Positions 37,089 to 49,680 of a DNA stretch of 64,000 nucleotides are shown in pieces. The translations under genes were made by a program, and so were the position numbers. This stretch comes from Eledone cirrhosa (Eukaryota), in NCBI GenBank assembly GCA_964016885.1, contig OZ024741.1, positions 240,932,001 through 240,996,000 of the forward strand. The letters run 5' to 3'. The stretch's first letter is position 1, and each line of letters begins with the position of its first letter. Below the pieces are notes generated by a model, which worked only from the letters and a program-made list of their open reading frames with translations, searched no databases and had not been told where the DNA came from.

Positions 37089-39059
37089 TTTGAAATCAAG
37101 TTGCAGCCATCATGTATGTACTTTATTAATAAACTACTTTTACAGTATTAATTCAATCATGATTTATAGAATTTAATTCTGTAAATCTAGTATATGAATA
37201 AAATACATTGCACTCTCTTCTGAAGTATTGAGTACTTTAGTTTGTATCAGTAAACCTTGTTCTCAGGAACAAAACACAGGAACATTATACAGATACGTAT
37301 GTTTCGATGTGTGTGTGAATGTATGTGTGTCTGTGTCTGTATGGGTCTGCTTGTGTGAGTGCGCATTTGTGTGCTTGTGCATGTGTGATTGTCCATATGT
37401 GTACATGAATGCTTGTGTGTGTGTGTGATGGTGTGTGTATACTGGTATGTGTACATGTGAGTGTGTGTGTGTGTGTGTATGTGAGTGTGTATGCATGTGT
37501 TTGGATATGTGTATGTGCTGCATGTATATATGTTTACTTGTGTGTGAGCATGTGTTTGTAGGAATTTGTTTGTGTGTATGTATGTGTATTTTGTATCGAT
37601 TGTATAAGGCTTCCCTTGCCTAAAAGCCATCTTTAGAAAAGTCAGTTATTCCCTTGTGATATTGCTGCCAAAGATTGCACAGGTAACTAACCAATTCCTG
37701 AGAGTCTGGTTTGTCTCTGCTGAGAGAATTGTTGAAGAATATAGACTATTGTTTGAAGGTGGAGATTGGGGAGTTACAATTAACTGGGGATAGTGACAGT
37801 AGATAGGTAGATAGATTGATTGGAAGAAAGATAGATAGATACATGGAGAAGGGAGAGGGATAGAGATATAAGAAGGACAGACAAAGAGTGAGAGAGATAG
37901 AGAAGAGGGAGCGATAGAAAGAAAGGGGAAGATAGGGAGAGAAAAGAGATAGAGAGAGAGAGTGAGAGAGAATTTTAGATCGTATGCACATGTCTTTGCA
38001 TATATGTGTATGGATATGTGGGTGGATGTATATGGGTGGTTATGTACATATGGGTTTGTGTATATGTGTGTATCTATTCTTCTGAATAAAAAATAAGAAA
38101 TGGTTCTCCATTGGCTTTGATAATGAGTATTCTAGGTATTTGATTACCTGAACTGTTCACTAATGGAATTAGTATGCAAGTGGCTGAGTATTCCACAGAT
38201 GATGTGTGTATCTGAGATGGTGAAACAAGTGAGTAATTGTGTTGTCAATATATGTTATATATAATGAAGTTTCAGTATAATGAAGTTTCACTTTAAGATG
38301 TTTTACTCCATATTGAATGTGACATATGTTTCACAGATTATTGGCACGGGATTCTTAATCTGTATGATAGACCTGACTCCAGTAACGATCTGCTCATCAG
38401 ACATATATATATAATTATAATATATATATAATCTCAACTTGAATGCACCAAAACTATAAAGATTTCTAGAAGTTTTTCTCTTGTCTTTATCTTGTGTACT
38501 CTCTTTTTTTTTTATTCCTATACACAGACATGCACACAGACACACACACACATACACACACACATATATATACATATTCTGTTTGAGCAACGTATGGTGT
38601 GGCCATCTGGCCTAACCTCCGGTATAATGAATCTACCCAGCTTCCACACTATAAATGAGGTTGGTGCTAGGAAGTGAATCCAGCAACTGCAAAATTTAAC
38701 CAAAAACACGGCCCCACTATAAGCAAGGTATGGCATGACCAACTGGCCAGACCTCCCTCATAATGAGACCACCTAGCTCCCCAAAAAAGGTCTTGCTATG
38801 AGCAAGGTACAGCACGGCTAACTGGCCAGACTTGCCTCATAAGTAGGACAACCCAGTTCCACACTGTAAACATGATTGTTGTTAAGAAGAGCATCCAGCT
38901 GAAAAAAAACCCCAGCCATAATACAGTTCCGTTTGAGCAAGATACATCATGGCCAACTAGCCTGACAACATGGATGACCAGTCTTACCCATGAAATTGTA
39001 GAAAAACAGACGTTGAACCACGATGATGATGATGATAAGGATATATATAAGTTATTACC

Positions 39060-39305
39060 ATAACAGAAGTCTGATGAACTTTTTATTCCAAAGTTGGGCC
39101 AGATCGATACAGATCGAACCATGAGCTGATCAATAGTAAAACACGCGTCACTACTCAATAAACATAACAAATACCTAACACTTCATCCTTTTTATCATTA
39201 TTAGTATCAGATTCTGCTTATTGCTACACCAATTTACCTTCTAGAAACTACACATCGAGTGCTCACTCTGGTGAACCTACAGTAACTGGATGTTACAGCC
39301 CCTAA
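39060..39305 (+). mobile_element. PLE pLTR-like fragment with a degenerate hammerhead
   Basis: CTGATGA at 39071 ... agatcgatacagatcgaacc.tgagctgatca ... aaaacacgcgtca ... AATAAA; homologous to 4497-4703 (-). Confidence 0.55.
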
Positions 39306-39754
39306 TTATATATATATTTATTGTATACATCCATGTGTTTCATTCGAACTTGTGCCTATTATCAGCTCTGCACAGGCTTACATTTCATGTCTGACCTTAT
39401 CTCTTGCCAACTTGTAGGGGCTTTCTAATCAAATAAATATGTGTTTTGTGAATCTGATCCCGAATCTGTGTGCTTGAAACTTTCAAAGATGAGGAATGCA
39501 ACCTAGATATGTATACAATTGTGTATATGAAGGTGTAGAATCCATTCTTTGTATAGACAGTTGCTTATTTGAGGGTGTATTTTTACAATCCACTTCTGTA
39601 TATCCAGTTGCATATTTGAGGGCTTAGATTTAGAATCTAGCTTCTGGATATCTAGTTATATATTTCTGTGTGTTGATGTACAATCCAACTTTTGTATATA
39701 CAGCTGTATATTTGAGTGTGTAGAAGATACACAATCCAAGATATTTGTATCATG

Positions 39755-40140
39755 GCCATCACCACTTTTACACCTGTTTTTAATGCTTGCATTAGTTGGA
39801 CAATTCATCTTCAATTGTGTTCCTTTGTCATTTAGCTTGTGTGGATCAGCATCCTGGGATCAGCTTTCACCTCCATCGTTTGTGTATTCCTCATTCTCTC
39901 TCAACCACAGCTTCCTTCCACCTTGGCACTTATTCATCTCACAGTCATCCTCCATGTGCATTGCATGTCTATACCAGTGCAGTCTACTCTTTTGCATTTA
40001 ACATCCAACTTGTACACATTTTTCTCTCAATTTATTTGTGCTCCGCCATTCATGCATACTAATATCATACATCCAACAAAGCATTATTGCTACAATTCTT
40101 TTCTCAACCTTTACACATACCCTGTCCACAATGCCCATAT
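39755..40140 (-). mobile_element. Degraded RTE LINE 3' fragment
   Basis: Nucleotide similarity to 15990-16150 (gtcatcctccatgtgcat...ctatacca.tgcagtct). Confidence 0.7.
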
Positions 40141-40419
40141 TTCATTACCATGTGTGTATATTCTATTTCAAAGATGCAATGCAATTTGTGAGGACAAAAC
40201 TTTCTATTCATCACCATCATCATCATCATCATCATTATTCCAAGCTTGCATGAGTTGTCATATTGTGAAGCTAGAATGGTCAGATGATCACATCTTGCTC
40301 ATATATTCCAATATTGGCTTTGTATTTACAGTTGGATGCTCTTCCTAACACTAACCACTTTAGAATATGTACTGAGTGCATTTTATTCTAGAACCAACGC
40401 TACCATATGAAAGGGTGAA

Positions 40420-41005
40420 CTGACTACTTTTCATTGTGGCACCAGCACTACAGCCCTAGAGTACAGACTGGGTGTATTTTGTTGTGGCAACAACAGTACC
40501 AGCTTACAGGGTGGAGTGGGTACTTTTTGTCAGAGCATGACCGCTATCACCTTGCAGGGTGGGCTGGGTGTTTTTAGTTGTTACCACTAACACCTTATAT
40601 GGTGGATTGGGTGCTTTTTGTTGTGTAACCAGCATTACCACCTTACCTGGTGGATTGGGTGCTTTTTGTAATGTAACCAGCACTACCACCTTACCTGGTG
40701 GTTGGGTGCTTTTTGTTGTACAACCATCATTACCACCTTACCGGGTGGATTGGGTGCTTTTTCTTATGTAGCCAGCACTACCACCTTAGAGGGTGGATTG
40801 AGTGCTTTTTGTTGTGGAACCAGCATTACCTCCCTTAGAAGGTGGATTGGATGCTTTTTGTTGTGGAACCATCATTACCTCCTTACTAGATGGACTAGGT
40901 GTATTTTGTTATTGAACCAGCACTACCATCTTACAGGGTGGATTGGGTGTATTTTTGTTGTTGAACCAGCACTACACAGTGGATTAGGAGCCTTTTGTTG
41001 TGGCT
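40420..41005. repeat. ~48-bp degenerate minisatellite derived from an RTE/SINE 3' UTR motif
   Basis: ccagcactaccaccttac..ggtggattgggtgctttttgttgtg repeated ~11 times after tggatgctcttcctaacactaacca; related ~48-bp array at ~42390-42600. Confidence 0.75.
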
Positions 41006-41256
41006 TTTTGTTTTCTTTCTAAATGGTTCCATATTATAAACTGACCAAATATTCTTGTTCAGTTTATAGAGATGACATTTACATCAGCATCTGTATTCAG
41101 TACAATGTCGCACTTAGATGTTAATGTATCAGAACTGACTGCAAAACGAAGTCTGCAGAGATAAGGTTAAGAGGGAAAATTGGATTTTCACTGCAGAGCT
41201 GTGCATACCAATAAAACAGACGTAGAAGGTTCCAGCATTCTTCTTCTATCTTTCTG

Positions 41257-41350
<94 letters not shown>

Positions 41351-41464
41351 ATGAGGAGCAATGTTGGTAGTCATAGTTTTAGAGTTCTAGATAACCTAAT
41401 TATAAACTCCCCACCTCATCAAACACCACCGTCATTACCACCTGAAACGATGATGATGATGATT

Positions 41465-41665
41465 TCTAACATTTGCACAAGGCTAGCAATGCTGGAGAAG
41501 GGAAAGTTGATTAAATCAACCCCAGTACTTAATAGTTGTTTTTTTTTATTTTATCGACCTTAGAAGGATGAAAGGCAAATTTGACGTCGGTAGGTTTGAA
41601 TTTAGAATGTAAAGAGTTGGAAGAAATGCTCCAAGGCATTTCGTCTGATGCTTTAATGGTTCTGC
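41465..41665 (-). mobile_element. SINE family A variant
   Basis: ttttatcgacc..agaaggatgaaaggcaaa..tgac.tcgg...tttgaa. Confidence 0.7.
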
Positions 41666-42943
41666 TTCTAATACTTTATTTATTTGCCATCAAGGGCCCA
41701 TTCAATCTCACAATATAAAATGTAGACATAGAGTTTACAAATGTGATGGGATGGGGGCAAAAAAAAATATATAAAAATGGGAGGAAGATATAACAGTATA
41801 TAATATAATAATGGGATAGGGGAATAATGTTATGTAATATAAATAGAATAGAATATTAGATAATAAGATATAATACCATATAATAAGATACAATATCATA
41901 TAATATAAATAAGATGTAATATTATATAATATAAATAAGATGTAATATATAATCTGTTGAATATTTATTATAAATCAAATACACAGAAAAATAGATAATT
42001 ATATAAAAATGCATAATAATTAAAAGATATATATATATATACTTAAAACATACATAATAAAACTTAGAGTAACCCACCTATACATGGGTGAAGACCCACC
42101 CATTCATAGGTGAAAACCCACCCTATAAGGCATATCAGTCTCTATCAGTCATATGCACTGGAAACGAACATGCCCAAATACACCTGTAAGCATTTTATGG
42201 GATAATTTGAGCCAACATTCTCAGGGAAATAAACTTTTCATCATCACTGTTTAATCTCCATTTTTTTCATGCTAGCATGAGTTAGACGAGTTGCCCTGAG
42301 ATAAAACAAGTCAGATAACCACATCTTGCGCATTCAGAACTGATTTTAGCTTGGTTTCTACGACTGGATTCCCTTGCTAATGCCAACCACATTTACAGAG
42401 TGTACTAGGTGCTTTTTGTCATGACACCTACACGACCACTTTACAGTGTGGGCTGGGTGCCTTTTGTTGTGACACCTACATAATCACTTTACTGTATGGG
42501 TTGCGTGCTTTTTGTTGTGACACCTACATGACCACTATACAGTGTGGGCTGGGCGTTTTTTGTTGTGACACCTTCACAACCAATTTACAGTGTGGGCTGG
42601 GGACATTGGTGGGGGAGCTGTGTGGGGTTTGGGATATCATGAATATGGATTACAGATATAGTAAGACAGGAATGGAATAGGCCTCCACTGGTTTCCACAA
42701 TGAATGTCCCAGTGGTTTGATCAACAGAACAGCTTGCTCATGAAATTAACATGTAAGTGGCTGAGTATTCCACAGTCAAGGAGGAGAAGGAGTAAAGACT
42801 AATATCCTGAAATAGTGTAGGAGGAGGGGGAGCTAATATTGTTATAATCTGAATTGTGGCAGGAGGTGGGTAAGGGCTAGATATACAGCTGATGCACTTG
42901 GGAACATCACTAGGGAAATACCTATCAAAGAAATGACTTCCCA

Positions 42944-43185
42944 ATGGCCGAAGCTTATGTAGCAGAAGCCCACTATCCCATTTGTAACACCAGCTGCTCA
43001 CAAACTCATATCATGTGCCAGATAGAGTGCACTAAATGCTACAAATATTACATTGGCAGCAGAATCTGGCCCTTACATATTTTAATCAACATCTTCACAG
43101 ATATACATCATTACTCAAAAAACATCTTGATAATTACAAGAATGTAAATATGAACAACAAAATCACCATTAAAGCCATAGAGAAG
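42944..43185 (+). pseudogene. PLE GIY-YIG endonuclease remnant
   Basis: SCSQTHIMCQIECTKCYKYYIGSRIWPLHI matches the PLE pattern C..VY.I.C..C...YIG.T.R.L; a degenerate hammerhead-like ttcgataagggt-tatttt-acct-aaaatatc follows at ~43405 after the SINE insertions. Confidence 0.7.
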
Positions 43186-43188
43186 TCA

Positions 43189-43322
43189 TTACGGCCCTTG
43201 CCATTCTGAGTTCAAATCCCGCCGAGGTTAACTTTGCCTTTCATCCTTATGGGGTTGATAAAATAAAGTACCAGTAATACACTGGGTATTTGCTGGCCTT
43301 GTGCCAAAAATAGAAACAATTA
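43189..43322 (+). mobile_element. SINE family A (tail-to-tail with a minus-strand fragment at ~43330-43400)
   Basis: ctgagttcaaatcccgccgaggttaactttgcctttcatcc...gccttgtgccaaaa. Confidence 0.85.
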
Positions 43323-44230
43323 TTTTTCTTTCTAATATTAGCGCAAGGCCAGCAATTTAGAGGAGGGGAAAAAATTGATTATATTGACTCTTGTACTTAA
43401 AACCTTCGATAAGGGTTATTTTACCTAAAATATCAGAACCACTAAATATTCAATATCTTTGTTCTTGTTTTTATTGATGCTTAATCTTCCAACAGTATTT
43501 CTATAGTCTTCTAGCATACTATTTGGATAATCTGTACTGCTTCGAGTAAACTACAACACTACCTTAACCGTCACTACACACTAGCAGCATGTAGAGACCC
43601 CACCATGTAGTGGTAGCAGTGGTGGTGGTGGTGGTAGAGCGATATGTAGTGTGTTGATGTTGTGGGGAGATGGTAATGATAGTCTTGGTGCTGTAGTGGT
43701 GGTGATGTGTGTAGTGATTGTAGAGGTGGTAATTGTGGTGATGTAAGTGTGTAGTGGTTGCAAAGCTGGTGGTGGTAGTGGTGGTAGTGGTGGTAGTGTG
43801 TAGTGTACTGTGTTGTGGGTGGTAGCGGTGGTAGTGTGTAGTGTACTGTGTTGTGTAGTGTAGTGTTTTGGCGTGGTAGTGATGGTAGTGGTAGTGGTGT
43901 GTAGTGTAGTGTGCTGGGGTGGTAGTGGTGGTGGTGGAATGCGAGAGCTGTGAAAAATGTTATGAATTACATTTCTGATGCTTTTGTTTTCTGTTAAACA
44001 ATACAAAAGAAGTAGTAGAAAACAAAGAGATGTACACACACACACACAACACAACACACTCACACACACACGCAATGCACACACACACACACACATGTAT
44101 ATATATATACGCATATGTACACAGTAATAATAAATAACGACTGTCAACAGTAATAAAAATTATATTAATACAATAAAAACATTATATGTATGTATGTGTC
44201 TGTATGTGTGTATGCATCTCTGTATATATG

Positions 44231-44261
<31 letters not shown>

Positions 44262-44496
44262 GTATGTATATCTGTATATGTACATATATGTATGTATATC
44301 TGTATATGTACATATATGTATGTATATCTGTATATGTACATATCTGTATATGTACATATTTGTATGTATATATGTATATATATATATATGTATGTATGTA
44401 TATCTGTATATGTACATATATGTATGTATATGTGTGTGCATATAAGTATGTATGTATGATGTATGTATGTGTATGTATATATATATATATATATAC

Positions 44497-45856
44497 AGTC
44501 TGTGGCCTACTCCAATGCCACGGAACACCAGCAACCCTCCTCAGGGTCGAACGATGCACCATCTTCACCCTACAGACCCACACTCCCCCGCCCCCAGCCT
44601 GAACTCCCCACCCCTATTCCTTTAGCCTTCGATCGCTCTGTTCCTGCCCCCTACATATCCCCCACTAACACCACTAATACACTCCTCCTTTTCACCGCCG
44701 ACCCCCATAACTAACAATACCCCCCCCCCCCCCCCCCTTCCTCCCCCTCCCACACCCCTCCCCCCTATCACGCACACACCCGCCGGTACATATATACATG
44801 CACTCACACTATCCACACACTCTACTAGCACCACTAGCCCTCACCCACACATCCACTCCCACCATCCCACAACTAATACCACTAACATCCCCCCGAACCC
44901 CACGCACACGAACACACACACCCTCCCCCCGCATGACACCTACCCATCCTCTCCCCTCTCCACCGCACCTCCGCACACACTGACACACCGACTTTCTCCA
45001 CCTGCCATTCTCCCCTACTGCTGCTACGCCTTGACCCTCCGACCACTTCTCCGCACTCACAGACACACAGCCCTCTCCACCTGTCATTCTCCTCTACCCT
45101 CCTCCTGCCTTGACCCTCTGACCACTTCCTGTTGCGCGTGCACCCCACATCTCCCCTCTTCCGACCAACACAACCACGGATTACCCACATCGACCATCGT
45201 TCCCACCATCAACTCCATCACAAGGAAAATATCCGGCAACTCACCAAACCCTCTACGGAACTACCTTAGGAACTGACCCACGGACATACACTCACAAACA
45301 ATTTTTTCCCACCACGCCACATACATCCACAATACGTATAAACACCACACACACGTGCGTACCCCCACATATATACACACTCAGCCTCCGGAATCCTTTC
45401 CCCCCACCCCTCTGACCCCTCCCCATCCACACGCGCACACACACCGACCTACACCCCATCCCACACACACACCTTTTCCTGAACATGGAACCTCATTCTT
45501 CCCCCAACTCTCACATTCACATACACACACACATACGTACACCTACACACATACACCACCTTCAGCCCTCCCCGCTCGGACACCCCGCCTTCCTCTCCCC
45601 ACTCCACCCGCCACCATCCCTACACGCCCCACACCCTTCCACCACTTAATTTTAATTGTACCCCTTCCATCGTCGCCCCTTTTTACTAAATGTCTCTCCC
45701 CCACTCCCCCACTCCCCTACACACCCTTGGAACTCTCTTCCCACACACACTTTTCGCCTGAAGAAGGGCTTATGCCCGAAACGTCCCCCCCTCAAGAGCG
45801 TGAAACTAATAAACCTTTGTTCGTACTGCCTCTCTGTTTTGTTTCCGTTCCATTTT

Positions 45857-45860
<4 letters not shown>
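44497..45860 (+). mobile_element. PLE 3' fragment: endonuclease C-terminus, long C-rich 3' UTR, hammerhead core, in (TA)n
   Basis: VCGLLQCHGTPATLLRVERCTIFTLQTHTP resembles the PLE EN terminus (E..LIF.L.T..P.GLN); hammerhead core and AATAAA at the end; (TA)n on both sides. Confidence 0.7.
45755..45790 (+). ncRNA. Hammerhead ribozyme core (helix I apparently broken)
   Basis: CTGAAGA-a-gggc-ttat-gccc-GAAA-cg-TC; canonical core and GUC triplet, but the downstream ccccc cannot pair with the upstream tcgc. Confidence 0.7.
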
Positions 45861-45898
<38 letters not shown>

Positions 45899-45974
45899 TT
45901 ACTGTTGTTTCATGTAAACAGACATACGTCTCATTCTGACGTCACCAGCCCTGTCTCTACATGTGCGTTTATTT

Positions 45975-46340
45975 TCATAATTACGCATGATGTTGAACTA
46001 GCCTGCTTTTAAATTCCCTTTTTGACATATTATAAACAGTGGTACTTTGGTTATCGTGTCTTTGAGCTCTGCTGATGATCGATTCCAACCGTGACCCTCC
46101 CCACTGAAAGTTTCGTGAAATAGTCTTTTTTAAGACTATACAGAGCATTTGTAGTTTTTCCAAATTGAAGGATAAGTATTTTAAACTTTATTTTATTCTG
46201 AGTTAAGGCTCTATTGATTTTTCCCTGGATTTCAGTAAATTCTGTGGATGAATCTATGTCCTGATTCTTTTTGAATTGAGTTTGAATTATTTTCCCACAT
46301 CTTACGTTAACTATTTTTCCATTTTGATGCTATAGTCACT
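45975..46340 (-). pseudogene. Possible highly degraded PLE linker/endonuclease remnant
   Basis: Only weak motifs (KREFKSRLVQHH, similar to PLE FK.R...H; upstream DVGK*F); many stops. Confidence 0.3.
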
Positions 46341-46419
46341 TATATATTATGAAATACTGTTGGCTTCTTGCTCACAATAATTTCTATACTTTTCATTTAT
46401 ATATATATATATATATATT

Positions 46420-47061
46420 CACTGACGAGGGACTAATTTTATAATATGCACTGACAATGGACTAATTTTATAATATGTAACCCATGTGCAACCACGCAGT
46501 ATTCCTCTTTTTTCTCATGTTTTTTATACATATTTACCTTGGCTGCGTTTGTCTGTTTCTCTCTTTCTCTCTTACTGCTCCCCCGTTCTCTCTGTTTCTC
46601 TCACCTTCTTTCTCCCCCTCTGTCAGTTACACTTTCTCTCGACTGATCTCTTCCTCGCACTTCCACTCACTCACTCTCTGTTTCTCCCCTTCTCACTTTC
46701 TCCTGTTTGGTTAATAGTGGGGTCCTTTCTTGCTCACATCTCACTCATGTCGGACGGTCTGTATTTTGATTGCTCATGAAATTCACCCAGCTTATGCTGA
46801 CCGGATAACCATGTTGCTTCTTTTTTTCCTATCTTCGGTTTGCTTTTATCCTTCTATGTTGTTTACTTATCTCACTCGCTTTACGCGTTTCACTTGTCCC
46901 AATAGCTTCTTTTAGTTATTGCTTGCACCAACCTGAGGTATATGATTTTTAATGCGATGAAATACCAATGATGGCTGGCAAATCACTGACGAGGGACTAA
47001 TTTTATAATATGTAACCCATGTGCAACCACGCAGTATTCCTCTTTCTTCTCATGTTTTTTT

Positions 47062-47065
<4 letters not shown>
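46420..47065 (+). mobile_element. (TA)n-flanked module with ~80-bp direct terminal repeats (pLTR-like partial tandem)
   Basis: cactgacgagggactaattttataatatg...gtaacccatgtgcaaccacgcagtattcctc at ~46420-46525 and ~46984-47062 (offset ~535); begins with CTGACGA. Confidence 0.6.
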
Positions 47066-47094
<29 letters not shown>

Positions 47095-47209
47095 TCATAT
47101 GTGTGTTGACAACATCAGCAACAAAAGCAGGTGACAATAACTTTAACAGTAACAACAACAGTCACAATGATACCTAGTATAGGTAACAACTAGAACCAAC
47201 TATAGCTAC

Positions 47210-48430
47210 ATTCACAACACCAGCACAACCACAACCAACACCACAACAACAACACCAGCACAACCACAACCAACACCACAACAACAACACCAGCACAACC
47301 ACCACCAGTACCACCACCCCAACAACAACAACAACACCAACACAACCATCACCAACACCGCAACAATAACAACACCAGCACAACAACCACCACCAACACA
47401 ACCACCATCAGTACCACCACAATAACAGCACAACTGCCACCAGCACCACCACCTCAACAACAACAACAACACCAACACAGCCACAACCAACACCACAACA
47501 ACAACACCAGCACCACCACCAGCACCACAACAACAACACCAGCACAACCACCACCACAACAACACCAGCACAACCACCACCAGTACCACCACCTCAACAA
47601 CAACAACAACACCAGCACAACCACAACAACAACACCACCACCAGCACCACAACAACAACACCAGCACAACCACCACCACAACAACACCAGCACAACCACC
47701 ACCAGTACCACCACCTCAACAACAACAACAACACCAGCACCACCAGCACAACCACCACCACAACAACACCAGCACAACCACCACCAGTACCACCACCTCA
47801 ACAACAACAACAACACCAGCACAACCACCACCAGTACCACCACCTCAACAACAACAACAACACCAACACAACCACAACCACCGCCACAACAACAACACCA
47901 GCACGACAACCACCGCCACAACAACAACAACAACAGTAACAAAAACTAAAGCCACAATATCCACAACACCAACAACAACAGCAATACCACCACCACTATC
48001 ACCACCACCACTATCACCACCACCAACCACAATCACTACCACCAACACCACCTCTATCACCACCACCAACACCATCAACACCAACACCACCACCACCAAC
48101 AACAACAACACCACCACCACCAACAACAACCAATACCACCACCAGTATCACCACCACCACCAACAACAATACCACCAACACTATCACCACCACCACCACC
48201 AACAACATCACTATCACCACCACTATCACCACCACCACCACCACCAACAACACCACCACCACCACCACCAACAACCAATACCACCACCACTAACACCACC
48301 ACCACCACCAACAACAACACCACCACCACCACCAACAACCAATACCACCACCACCACTATCACCACCACCACCACCAACTACAACACCACAACAACAACA
48401 ACAACAACAACAACAGTAACAACAACAGCA
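47210..48430. repeat. ACC/ACA/AGC low-complexity minisatellite
   Basis: caccagcacaaccaccacc and caacaacaac units. Confidence 0.85.
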
Positions 48431-48562
48431 ATATTTATTTGAATTGTTAAACAAAAGCAAAGAAATTTAAGAAGCAAGATTGAAGAAAAAAGCTGAGAGA
48501 GATTATAGTAACAGGATTGAGGTATGAAGTAACATTTGAAAACAGAAATGATTATAATTAGA

Positions 48563-49680
48563 GATGATGATGATGATGATGATGGTGGTGATGGTGGTGG
48601 TGGTGGTGGTGGTGGTGGTGGTGGTGGTGGTGGTGGTAATGGGATGCTGATGATGGTGGTGGTGGTGATGGTGGTGGTGGTGTTGGTGGTGGTGATGGTG
48701 ATGTGATGCTGATCATGGTGGTGGTGATGGCGGTGGTGGTAGTGGGATGCTGATGATGGTGGTGGTGATGGTGGTGGCGGTGGTGGTAGTGGGATGCTGA
48801 TCATGGTGGTGGTGATGGTGGTGGCGGTGGTGGTGATGGCGGTGGTGGTGGTGGTGGGATGCTGATGATGGTGGTGGTGGTGATGGTGGTGGTGGTAGTG
48901 GTGATGGCGGCGGTGGTGGTGGGATGCTGATGATGGTGGTGGTGGTGGTGGTTCATGGTGGTTGTGGTGGTAGTGGTAATGGTGGCGGTGGTGGGATGTT
49001 GATGTTGGTGGTGGTGATGTGATGCTGATGATGGTGGTGGTGGTGGTGTGGATGGTGGTGGTCGTGGTAGTGGTGATGGCGGCAGTGGTGGTGGGATGTT
49101 GATGTTGGTGGTGATGGTGGTAGTGGTGATGGTGATAATGGTCGTGGTGATGTGATGCTGATGATGGTGGTGGTGATGTGATGCTGATGATGGTGGTGGT
49201 GGTGGTGGTGATGGTGGTGGTCGTGGTAGTGGTGATGGCGGCAGTGGTGGTGGGATGTTGATGTTGGTGGTGGTGGTGGTAGTGGTGATGGTGATAATGG
49301 TCGTGGTGATGTGATGCTGATGATGGTGGTGGTGATGTGATGCTGATGATGGTGGTGGTGGTGGTGGTGATGGTGGTGGTCGTGGTAGTGGTGATGGCGG
49401 CAGTGGTGGTGGGATGTTGATGTTGGTGGTGGTGGTGGTAGTGGTGATGGTGATAATGGTCGTGGTGATGTGATGCTGATGATGGTGGTGGTGATGTGAT
49501 GCTGATGATGGTGGTGGTGATGGCGGTGGTGGTGATGTGATGCTGATGATGGAGGTGGTGATGGCGGAGCTAGTGGGATGCTGATGATGATGGTGGTGGT
49601 GGTGGTGGTGGATATGGTGATAATGGTAGTGATGATGGTGGTGGTGATGATGGTGGTGATGGAGGTGATGGTGATGATGG
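48563..49680. repeat. GGT/GAT low-complexity tract with ~138-bp higher-order repeats
   Basis: ggtcgtggtagtggtgatggcggcagtggtggtgggatgttgatg recurs at ~49060, 49219 and 49378. Confidence 0.8.
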
